NCBI GenBank assembly: GCA_946496065.1 | Contig: CAMMFF010000006.1 | Location: 3,216-67,215, forward strand | Direction of reading: 5' to 3' | DNA from: an uncultured Clostridia bacterium | GTDB taxonomy: Bacteria; Bacillota; Clostridia; Christensenellales; UBA1242 | DNA length: 64,000 bases | Shown: positions 50,914 to 59,387 of the stretch, piece after piece | Position numbering within the stretch: position 1 is the stretch's first letter | Layout: each line of letters begins with the position of its first letter | Notes under the pieces: generated by a model | The model's input: the letters and a program-made list of their open reading frames with translations, nothing else | The model's database searches: none | What the model was told of the DNA's origin: nothing | Program-made: the position numbers and the translations under genes

Positions 50914-52107
50914 ATGGAAATCAAAGTTAACGTAATTGCATCAACAAAAATCGGCTATCAAGCACCAAAGGAAGAGCTTGACAGACTTGGCGGATTGACT
51001 GCGGGAATCTGCTATTTGCCTGACACAACAGAAAAACTCTTCAGCGAACCAAAAGAAAAGACCGAAAGAAGAATTGGGCTGACAAAAGGAAGTGGACATC
51101 ACAGTCCTTATGACCATGGAGAATTCACTTTGGAATTGATTGGAATTCCAAAAATTATTGCCATGACGATAAACAATGAAAAGATGTACACAACAAGCGA
51201 AAAATCTGCACGTTACAAGGTTATGAAAGATGTTTCAGAAGATGAAAAAGTGCTTTACGACAAATGGTTAGAAATTTTCAAACAAGAAATTACGAAGAAA
51301 TATCAGTCCACTTATCCAACCTTTTTCACAGACCAAAAAATAACAAAATTAGCTCAAGAAAATGCAAGATACTTAACTTCAGTTTTCACCCCAACAACAA
51401 TGGCATACACGACTTCATACAGACAATTCAACATTTTGTATTCATTGATTAAAAAAGAAATCAAAAGAATTGAAAATGAAGAAACTCATCCTTTCTACAA
51501 AAAATATGCAGAAGAACTTCAAAACCTTGCAAATGCTTTTAAAACACTTCCATATCTCGACAAAGACCTTTTTGATGCCAAAGGCAGAAGTTTGTCTCTC
51601 ATTGACCATAGAACTGACCGCCCAATCATCAAACAATATGGAGATGTTTACCAAGTCTCATACAAAGGCTCATTTGCTCAACTTGCTCAAGCACATAGAC
51701 ACAGAACTTTGTCATATAACTTCAGATTGCTCCCACAAGCAGAATATTTCATTCCACCAATCATAAAGGAAAACAAAACACTTGTTCTTTCTTGGTGTAA
51801 AGATTGCGAATCTCTTGCAGACAGTTTCCCACAAGGGCTCCTTGTTGAAATTGTTGAACAAGGAAATCTTGAAAACTTGATTCTCAAGGCAAAAGAAAGA
51901 AAATGTACATACGCCCAACTTGAAATCGACATACAAACAACTGACACAATTATGGAAGTTTATAACGAACTTGAAAAAACAGGACATCCTGGTGCAGAAG
52001 ACCTGAAACCATATGCAAAAAAATCATCACGTTGCACATTTGGAGATTATGTTTGCACCTCACCTTGTGGTTTCAAAGAAGGTGTAACTGGCGAAAGAAC
52101 AATCTAA
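50914..52107 (+). CDS. thyX: FAD-dependent thymidylate synthase, tandem two-domain ThyX
   Basis: GH.S..H, SEKSARY and ENARY in the first half; AQAHRHR and AQLEI in the second half; AAGGAG RBS before ATG 50914. Confidence 0.8.
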   Translation: MEIKVNVIASTKIGYQAPKEELDRLGGLTAGICYLPDTTEKLFSEPKEKTERRIGLTKGSGHHSPYDHGEFTLELIGIPKIIAMTINNEKMYTTSEKSARYKVMKDVSEDEKVLYDKWLEIFKQEITKKYQSTYPTFFTDQKITKLAQENARYLTSVFTPTTMAYTTSYRQFNILYSLIKKEIKRIENEETHPFYKKYAEELQNLANAFKTLPYLDKDLFDAKGRSLSLIDHRTDRPIIKQYGDVYQVSYKGSFAQLAQAHRHRTLSYNFRLLPQAEYFIPPIIKENKTLVLSWCKDCESLADSFPQGLLVEIVEQGNLENLILKAKERKCTYAQLEIDIQTTDTIMEVYNELEKTGHPGAEDLKPYAKKSSRCTFGDYVCTSPCGFKEGVTGERTI

Positions 52108-52150
52108 TCATACCTATTTTGATTGAATAAAAAAATAGACCATGTTTATA

Positions 52151-52223
52151 GCCTTTGAAACTAGCAAAAAATAGTGCGAAATTAATTTCAATTTTTGTAT
52201 TAGTTTGAAAAATGCTTGACTAA
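52151..52223. repeat. Conserved-end hairpin element, copy B
   Basis: GCCTTTGAAACTAG...GTATTAGTTTGAAAAATGCTTGACTAA, running into the rhomboid RBS. Confidence 0.7.
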
Positions 52224-52231
52224 GGAGAATT

Positions 52232-53047
52232 ATGAAAGTTTCCACATTATTTTCAAATTTTCTTGATGATACGAAGAAAAAGAAAAGTGCATTAAATAGA
52301 AATTATTTTTACATCACCACAATATTTTTCATTGCTTTAAATTTGTGTATTTGGGCTTTGGCAGGGACAAAACTTCATTATGGTTGTCTACCCAAAAATG
52401 AATTGGATTGGGACAATTTTCTGGATTTTCAAGCACTGTTTTCTGCAATAATAAACAACATTTCTCATTGGAGTTGGGAACATGTTTTATTAAATATGTT
52501 GGTTTCTTTCCTTGTGGTAAGTCTTTATCTCGAAAGAAAATTTGGAAGTCTTAAGTATTTTTTGATTGTGACTGTATTGATTGTGGTCTCTGCAGCATTT
52601 GTCGCTGGAAACAACCAATCTCTAAACTATGCAGGGTTCTCTTGTGTTAATTTTGCATTGTATGCGTTTTTTATAGTCACATTTTTCTTTTCTTTGTCAA
52701 AGAGAGAAAGAAGCAAAGGCAATGTGATTTTTGGTGTTGTAATACTCATGGGCGTTTTGGTTTTTATGATTTGGGAAATTTGGGACGCAGTCGAGATATA
52801 CGGAGCGACTGCTTCGGCCTCAGATCTCTTTTACAACAAAGGTCATTATTCTGGTTTTATTGCAGGACTTATTGTTGTGCTGGTTTTGCAAATCACAAAA
52901 GTTTTTACGATTAAGGAATATAGTTTGAACGAACAAACTTCACAAATCGAAGAAAACACAAAAAATTTGAAAATTTTGTATATAATTTTTGCGTGTTTGG
53001 CGAGTGCACTCATTCTTTCGACATTGATAATTTGTTTGGTTTCTTAA
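52232..53047 (+). CDS. Rhomboid family intramembrane serine protease
   Basis: H...H...NM, LERKFG, GFS catalytic Ser and H.SG...G catalytic His. Confidence 0.85.
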   Translation: MKVSTLFSNFLDDTKKKKSALNRNYFYITTIFFIALNLCIWALAGTKLHYGCLPKNELDWDNFLDFQALFSAIINNISHWSWEHVLLNMLVSFLVVSLYLERKFGSLKYFLIVTVLIVVSAAFVAGNNQSLNYAGFSCVNFALYAFFIVTFFFSLSKRERSKGNVIFGVVILMGVLVFMIWEIWDAVEIYGATASASDLFYNKGHYSGFIAGLIVVLVLQITKVFTIKEYSLNEQTSQIEENTKNLKILYIIFACLASALILSTLIICLVS

Positions 53048-53078
53048 AATTACAAAATTATAATAAAAAACGGAAGAT

Positions 53079-53158
53079 GGCTTTGAAACTAAAAAAAGAT
53101 AGTGAGAATATAATTTCATCACTATTTTTTTGTATTAGTTTGAAAAATGATAGACCAA
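53079..53158. repeat. Conserved-end hairpin element, copy C
   Basis: GGCTTTGAAACTA...ATAGTGA..TCACTAT...GTATTAGTTTGAAAAATGATAGACCAA. Confidence 0.7.
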
Positions 53159-53223
53159 AACCTATGTTTTTTTGTTGCGATTTTCAGACTTATTTCAAAA
53201 GCGAAGTCCCCAGAAGCCCATGA

Positions 53224-53757
53224 TTACAACAAGTCAAACAACTTTTGTTTGTATTCTTCTTCTGTGATCGCCCCACTGTCTCTGAGTTGTTTAAGTTCTT
53301 CAATTTTGCGTTTCTTTTCTTCGTATTCTTGCTCTTGTGCTTTGGTTTGTTGGTCTTCCATTTTTTGTTCTTGTCTGATTTCACTCCTTGTGTTCATTAT
53401 GATGACATCCGGAATGAACATTGAAATGAAGAGCAACAACCATGAAAGCCAACCACCAAAGAAGATAATCAAAACAAAACCTGTCGCATAAAGTCCTTGA
53501 GAGGTTCTGAAATATTTTCCTTTTTTACGAACGGCATAAAGAAGAAAAATGCTTCCAGCAATTCCCACTGCAAAAGAAATCACAGTGTAATAGATGTTTG
53601 TTGAATAACTCAAAAGATAATAAAGTTCGACATAATCCTGCAAAAGACCGGGATTTGTCATCAAAATGATTGAAAGAATCAAACTGATTGTGACACCTAT
53701 CAAGTTGATGATGGCAGAAGAAATAATCAAATTTCTTTTTGTTTTGTTCATATACAT
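53224..53757 (-). CDS. Membrane protein with C-terminal SHOCT domain
   Basis: TM helices followed by ELKQLRDSGAITEEEY.QK. Confidence 0.85.
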   Translation of the reverse strand: MYMNKTKRNLIISSAIINLIGVTISLILSIILMTNPGLLQDYVELYYLLSYSTNIYYTVISFAVGIAGSIFLLYAVRKKGKYFRTSQGLYATGFVLIIFFGGWLSWLLLFISMFIPDVIIMNTRSEIRQEQKMEDQQTKAQEQEYEEKKRKIEELKQLRDSGAITEEEYKQKLFDLL

Positions 53758-53910
53758 AATTTATGCCCTCTTTAATTAAATTTTATGTCCAATCATAATA
53801 ATTTCATGTTGTCTAAAATAATAAATATGTTAGCATTATGTAAAAATATTGTCAAATTATTTTGAAAAAAAACATATTTGTTATAAAATGTTATTTAGGA
53901 GTTCAGAAAA

Positions 53911-54708
53911 ATGAGGATAGAAAAAAGAACAATCGTAATCACTGGTGCATCAAGTGGAATTGGGCAAGGTTTGAAAGAAATCTTTGAAAAGAAAGGAGAT
54001 GTCGTCATTGATGTTTCAATTAATGGCAAAGACTACCAATGTGATGTTGGTGACCATAAAAAACTCAAAAAAGTTTTTGATGACATATATCTCAATCACG
54101 GCGAAATCGATATGTTAATCACCTGTGCTGGCTATGGAATCAGTGGTGCAATTGAGCTTTTGAAAGAAGAAGATACAAAGAAACAGTTTGATGTCAACTT
54201 TTTTGGAACTGCAAATGCCTGCAAATATGCCATACCAATGATGAAAAAGAGAGGAAAAATCATAATCATTGCATCTGCAACCGCTCTTTTCCCTTTGCCT
54301 TTCAAAGCATATTATTGTGCAAGCAAATCAGCAGTTGACAGTTTTGCACAAAGTCTGAGAATGGAACTTTCTCAAACAAAAATTCAAGTCACATCAGTTT
54401 GTCCTGGTGACATAAGAACCAATTTCTCAAACAATCGTGTAAAAATTTATGAAACAAACGAAAGATACGGAAATTCCATTGAACTTTCAACAAAACCAAC
54501 AGAAAAGACTGAAAAAAGACGAATGTCACCTGAATATGCCATCAAAAAGATATACAAAATTTGTGAAAAAAGTCATTTGAAACCTAGATATATAATTGGA
54601 AAACAATACAAATTTTTCAACATCTGCAAGCATCTTTTTTCAACAAATTTAATTGATAAATGTTTGATTAAAATATTTTATAAAAAAGATAATAAAAAGA
54701 AAAAATAA
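53911..54708 (+). CDS. SDR family oxidoreductase
   Basis: TGASSGIG, YCASK and CPGD motifs. Confidence 0.9.
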   Translation: MRIEKRTIVITGASSGIGQGLKEIFEKKGDVVIDVSINGKDYQCDVGDHKKLKKVFDDIYLNHGEIDMLITCAGYGISGAIELLKEEDTKKQFDVNFFGTANACKYAIPMMKKRGKIIIIASATALFPLPFKAYYCASKSAVDSFAQSLRMELSQTKIQVTSVCPGDIRTNFSNNRVKIYETNERYGNSIELSTKPTEKTEKRRMSPEYAIKKIYKICEKSHLKPRYIIGKQYKFFNICKHLFSTNLIDKCLIKIFYKKDNKKKK

Positions 54709-54867
54709 TTATTTTTTATATTTTAATAAAAAATCAAAATAAATCAAAAATATTAATTATTAAAACATTTATTCCCCTTTAAAATACGAACAAAGGGGAT
54801 TTTTTACTATATTTATTTTATTTTTTCAAATATTTATTAAATTAATTTATCAAATAAAAAAATTTAA

Positions 54868-55593
54868 TTATTTATTTTTTGACAAATAAATTAAAAATTC
54901 AACATTTCCGTCTCCGCCTTTAATTGGAGAAGGAATCAAGCCATTTTTCACAAATCCAAATTTCTCAAAACAATCTGAAATGTTTTTTATGATTTTCTCA
55001 TGCATTTTGGAGTCTTTGACAATGCCTTTGTGTTTTCTTGCGTATTCCAAACCACACTCAAATTGCGGTTTAATCAAAGCAATCACTTCAATCATATCAA
55101 AGTCATTTGCAAGTTTTGGAATAAGTTTTGTCAAACTCACAAAAGAAACATCAATGACAACCACCTGTGTATCAGAAATTTTTTCTTTTGGCAGTTGAAG
55201 ATAGTTGGTCTTTTCAAGATTGACAACTTTTGCATCATTTTTTATTTTTTCATCAAGTTGTCCTTCCCCTGTGTCCACTGCATAGATTTTTTTTGCACCA
55301 GCCTGCAAACAAACATCAGAAAAACCACCCGTTGATGCCCCAATGTCCAACACGACCTTATCTTTCAAATCAATCGCAAAATTTTCAATTGCACTTTGAA
55401 GTTTAAACCCGCCACGAGAGACAAATTCAAAAGGAAGAGCAGAAATTTCACTTTCTTCTTCACATTCAAAAGACGGTTTCAAAACAATTTTTCCATTCAC
55501 AGTCACCCTGCCCATTTCAACCGCCTGTTTGCTTTTCTCCCTTGAAGAGTAAAAACCCTTTTCAAACAAAATCACATCAATTCTTTTTTTCAT
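54868..55593 (-). CDS. tlyA: TlyA family rRNA 2'-O-methyltransferase
   Basis: S4 domain, FVSRGG.KL, DIGASTGGF, DVSF.SL, LIKPQFE and GN.EF motifs. Confidence 0.95.
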   Translation of the reverse strand: MKKRIDVILFEKGFYSSREKSKQAVEMGRVTVNGKIVLKPSFECEEESEISALPFEFVSRGGFKLQSAIENFAIDLKDKVVLDIGASTGGFSDVCLQAGAKKIYAVDTGEGQLDEKIKNDAKVVNLEKTNYLQLPKEKISDTQVVVIDVSFVSLTKLIPKLANDFDMIEVIALIKPQFECGLEYARKHKGIVKDSKMHEKIIKNISDCFEKFGFVKNGLIPSPIKGGDGNVEFLIYLSKNK

Positions 55594-55652
55594 AAAAACA
55601 TTCTATCACAAAAAGAAACAATCGCAAAGAAATTTTCGTTTCAAAATCAAGA

Positions 55653-55678
55653 ACATAGTTGCAATTTTGACATAGAAT
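55653..55678 (+). promoter_or_regulatory. SigmaK-like sporulation promoter
   Basis: AC-16bp-CATAGAAT upstream of the Cys-rich small gene. Confidence 0.45.
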
Positions 55679-55696
55679 GATAATGGAGGCAAACAC

Positions 55697-55903
55697 ATGA
55701 AGTACTCAACAAAATATATGACAGGTTGCTGTCAAGATTTGCGTCCATTCAGTTGTGGTTGCTGTCCACAACAGCCACCACCTCCATCACCTTGCTGTTG
55801 TCATCCACCATGTCCCCCTCAATGTGGTCAAAGCAACTGCAATTGTGAAAACAATTTACTATATTTCATGGTTGGTTATCTCATAGCAAAAAACAATCAA
55901 TAA
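55697..55903 (+). CDS. Small Cys/Pro-rich protein, possibly spore coat or exosporium
   Basis: GGAGG RBS, CC/PP clusters, hydrophobic C-terminus, downstream terminator. Confidence 0.65.
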   Translation: MKYSTKYMTGCCQDLRPFSCGCCPQQPPPPSPCCCHPPCPPQCGQSNCNCENNLLYFMVGYLIAKNNQ

Positions 55904-55945
55904 ACACAAAAGAGAAAATCATAAATAATCCAAGAGATAATCACA

Positions 55946-55977
55946 AAAAGAGAGCAAGATTTCCTTGTTCTCTTTTT
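55946..55977. terminator. Bidirectional intrinsic terminator
   Basis: AAAAGAGAGCAAG...CTTGTTCTCTTTT. Confidence 0.7.
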
Positions 55978-56048
55978 GTATAAATTATTAAAATTTTGTA
56001 TATTTATACATTAATATAAATTTTTATTCACAAAAAAAAAGAAGATGA

Positions 56049-57824
56049 TTAAAGTTCATCTTCCCATTTTTGAATGTATTCTTCACAAGTGGAAAATGCC
56101 TGATCAAATGTTTCTGACTTTGTCAAATCACAATCGGCAATTTTCAACAATGAAATAGGGTCTGCACTGCAACCAGAAGACAAAAATTTGAGATATTTCT
56201 TTGCGAAGTTCTTCTCGCTTAAAAGGTCATGTGAGATTTTGATTGCACAAATAAGTCCAGTTGCATATTTATACACATAGAAACTTCTGAAGAAATGTGG
56301 TATTCTTGCCCATTCATATTTCATTTCTGAAATTTGTTTAACTTTGCTTCCATGATAGAAATTGTTCAATTCTTCATATTTTTCACACAACAATTCTGGT
56401 GAAAGAGGATTTTCTTTTTCATATTCTGCATGGGCAAACTCTTCAAATTCAGAAAACATTGTTTGTCTGAAGATTGAAGAACGCATTTGCTTGAGAAAAT
56501 GGTCATAATAATAAATTCTCTCTTTCTTTGTTTTTGCACGACTTAAAAGCAATCTCAAAAGCAACATTTCATTGACATTGCTTGCAACCTCTGCAACAAA
56601 AATCACATAATTTGATGTCTGAATTGGTTGATGTTTTTCAGAATAATATGTGTGCATAGCATGACCCAATTCATGAGCCAAAGTGAACACACTTTCAAGA
56701 TTTCCTTCAAAGTTTGTCAAAACGACAGGGTTGGCACCATAAGTTCCCGTTGAAAATGCTCCACTTGATTTGTTTTTGTTTGGGAAAACATCAATCCAAC
56801 GCTCATTTTTTGCCCTGTCAATCAAAGAAACATACTCATCACCCAAAACAGCTACCGCCTCTTTGATTAACTCAATTGCCTCGTCATAGGTGTAAGTTTT
56901 GTCAATTTCTTCAACAACTGGTGCAAAAGTGTCATAGATTGCAAATTGATCAAGTTTCAACATCCTGCGTTTAACTTCAAAATATCTTTGCAAAAGTCCA
57001 ACATTTTCTCTGACTTTTTCAACCAGCAACCTATAAACCTTCTCATCTGCTTCTTCGTTGTAAATTGATGCTGAAAGAGCAGATTTATATTTTCTTATTT
57101 TTGCAAAAATGCAGTCTTCTTTAACATCATTGATATAGTTATTTGCAAGGAAATTAATAAATTCCCCATGCTTCCCATTGATTTGTCTGAAAGCATTTTT
57201 TCTCAAAACTCTATCCTTACTTTCAGCATAAACAGAATATTTTGATTGGTTAAATTCATATTCTTTTCCCTTGCTATCTTTGATGTTGTCAAACTTCAAA
57301 TCAACATCGGTGAATTTATCAAAATTGTTTGAAAATCCGCCCAAAAATTCTCCAAGTTGTGAAATCAAAAGTTCTTCTTTCTTGCTTAGTGTGTGCTTTT
57401 TCTCTCTCAAAACAGATTCAAAATATCTCACATAATTTTTAAATTTCTTATTTGCCTGCAAACCTTTCAATTTCTCATCTTTAAACTTGCTGATTTCCAC
57501 ATCAACAAAAGAAGTTGCGGTTGAAAATTTGGAGATAACAAGCCCCATTTTTTCGTTCATTTCGTTTGCAACCCTGTCTGAATTATCTTCGCTTAATTTC
57601 AAACTTGCATAAACAGCCAAAAGTGAAAGTTCTTTGTCTATCTTTGTTTCAAGTTCCAAACATTCAAACAACATATCATCGTCGGCAAGTTTGCCTTCAA
57701 ATTTCTTAAAATCTCCAACCTTGCCAGCAATTTTGTCCAGTCTCTTATAGAAATCGTCAACATTTTTGCAATAGTTTGACAAATCCCATTTATATTTCTC
57801 TTCAATTTCACTTCTTGATTTCAT
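56049..57824 (-). CDS. pepF: Oligoendopeptidase F
   Basis: WDL, RWID, SGAF, HELGH, FVAEVAS, WARIPHF and FYVYKYA motifs. Confidence 0.95.
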   Translation of the reverse strand: MKSRSEIEEKYKWDLSNYCKNVDDFYKRLDKIAGKVGDFKKFEGKLADDDMLFECLELETKIDKELSLLAVYASLKLSEDNSDRVANEMNEKMGLVISKFSTATSFVDVEISKFKDEKLKGLQANKKFKNYVRYFESVLREKKHTLSKKEELLISQLGEFLGGFSNNFDKFTDVDLKFDNIKDSKGKEYEFNQSKYSVYAESKDRVLRKNAFRQINGKHGEFINFLANNYINDVKEDCIFAKIRKYKSALSASIYNEEADEKVYRLLVEKVRENVGLLQRYFEVKRRMLKLDQFAIYDTFAPVVEEIDKTYTYDEAIELIKEAVAVLGDEYVSLIDRAKNERWIDVFPNKNKSSGAFSTGTYGANPVVLTNFEGNLESVFTLAHELGHAMHTYYSEKHQPIQTSNYVIFVAEVASNVNEMLLLRLLLSRAKTKKERIYYYDHFLKQMRSSIFRQTMFSEFEEFAHAEYEKENPLSPELLCEKYEELNNFYHGSKVKQISEMKYEWARIPHFFRSFYVYKYATGLICAIKISHDLLSEKNFAKKYLKFLSSGCSADPISLLKIADCDLTKSETFDQAFSTCEEYIQKWEDEL

Positions 57825-57834
57825 GTCGTCCCCC

Positions 57835-58530
57835 CTATCTTACAAAATATTTTTCCATTCTAAAGTTCTTCCATGGCTGTTTTCCCATATCTGGGCAAGC
57901 CATGAAAACCATTCTTTCTTTTGTAGTTGGGTGATTGAAAGCAAGTTTCCCTGCCCAAAGACCTAATTTTGAAGTCACTCCCTTTTCTTTGCCATATTTA
58001 ACATCTCCAACAAGTGGAAAACCGATGTTTGCAAGTTGCAATCTGATTTGGTGACTTCTTCCGGTCAAAATTTTGACTTCCAAAAGACTTTCCTTACCAT
58101 TGTCCTCCAAAACATTATAGACAAGTTCTGCTTTTTTAGCCCCTTTTTCTGACATAGGAACAACTTTCACAATGTTTTCTTTTTCGTCTTTCTTCAAATA
58201 ATTGACAAGCTTTTGTGTCTTAATCTTCACAACGCCTTTTGTGACTGCATAATAGACCTTTTCCACTTCATGAGTTGAAAATTGTTCTGAAAGTCTTTTT
58301 GCTGATTTGGAATTGCGTGCAAAGACCATGATTCCGCCTGTTGGACGATCAAGTCTATGCACAAGACCAATGAAAGCTTCTCCTTCTTTGTTATATTTTT
58401 CTTTGACATAGGCTTTGACCATTGAAAGCATATCTTCATCTTTGCTTTCGTCAGGCATAGTTGGAACATTTTGTGGTTTGATCACAACCACAATTTGATT
58501 ATCTTCATATAAAACTGTCAGTTTTTCCAT
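57835..58530 (-). CDS. RluA family pseudouridine synthase
   Basis: VHRLDRP, TGRSHQIR.QL and GDVKYG motifs; GGTGA RBS before ATG 58530. Confidence 0.92.
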   Translation of the reverse strand: MEKLTVLYEDNQIVVVIKPQNVPTMPDESKDEDMLSMVKAYVKEKYNKEGEAFIGLVHRLDRPTGGIMVFARNSKSAKRLSEQFSTHEVEKVYYAVTKGVVKIKTQKLVNYLKKDEKENIVKVVPMSEKGAKKAELVYNVLEDNGKESLLEVKILTGRSHQIRLQLANIGFPLVGDVKYGKEKGVTSKLGLWAGKLAFNHPTTKERMVFMACPDMGKQPWKNFRMEKYFVR

Positions 58531-59360
58531 ATCTTCACCCCACTTGCACCACAAGGCAAAATCAAATCTTCTTCAGTTGGCAGTCCAATTTCATCGGCTT
58601 CAACATTTTCATGACCAAAAACACATTTCAGAATGTTTGCAATCACAGTTGGTTGAAGTCCAGTTGTGTATGAATTGATAAGCACGAACAATGGTTTGTC
58701 AGAAAGGACTTTTTTTGTAAGTTCCACAAAGTCTGCCAAGTTATCTTCCAATTTCCACATCTCACCACTTGGCCCACGTCCATAACTTGGTGGATCCATT
58801 ATGATTGCGTCATAAGTGTTTCCTCTGCGAATTTCTCTTTCAATAAATTTTCCGCAATCATCAACAATGAATCTGATGTTGGAAATTCCATTCAATTTTG
58901 CATTTTCTTTTGCTCTTTCGACCATACCTTTGCTGGCATCAATGTGTGTCACACTCGCTCCTGCTTTGGAACAAGCAACAGACGCACCACCGGTGTAAGC
59001 AAAAAGATTCAAAATTTTGACCGGCCTTTTTGCCTGCTGAATGAGATTCATCATCATTTCCCAGTTTACAGCCTGTTCTGGAAAAATTCCCGTATGTTTG
59101 AAACCCATAGGTTTGACAATAAATTTCAGATCTTTCCATTCAATTTTCCATTGCTCAGGAATTGTTTTGTTATAGTGCCAAAGTCCACCGCCGTCCTTAC
59201 GCTGATAATAGGCATCAACATTCTTTTTCAAATCTCTTTTTGCGTGCCAAATCACTTGTGGGTCAGGTCGAAGAAGTGTAATTCCCGCCCAACTTTCAAG
59301 TTTTTCGCCATCGCCAGTCGCCAAAACCTTGTAATCTTTCCAACTATTTGCAACTCTCAT
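58518..59360 (-). CDS. Class I SAM-dependent methyltransferase (RlmI/RlmK-like)
   Basis: RPDPQ, KHTG.FPEQ, LNLFAYTGG and DPPSYG motifs. Confidence 0.9.
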   Translation of the reverse strand: MRVANSWKDYKVLATGDGEKLESWAGITLLRPDPQVIWHAKRDLKKNVDAYYQRKDGGGLWHYNKTIPEQWKIEWKDLKFIVKPMGFKHTGIFPEQAVNWEMMMNLIQQAKRPVKILNLFAYTGGASVACSKAGASVTHIDASKGMVERAKENAKLNGISNIRFIVDDCGKFIEREIRRGNTYDAIIMDPPSYGRGPSGEMWKLEDNLADFVELTKKVLSDKPLFVLINSYTTGLQPTVIANILKCVFGHENVEADEIGLPTEEDLILPCGASGVKIWKN

Positions 59361-59387
59361 TCTTTCTCCTAAACTAAACTATAAATC

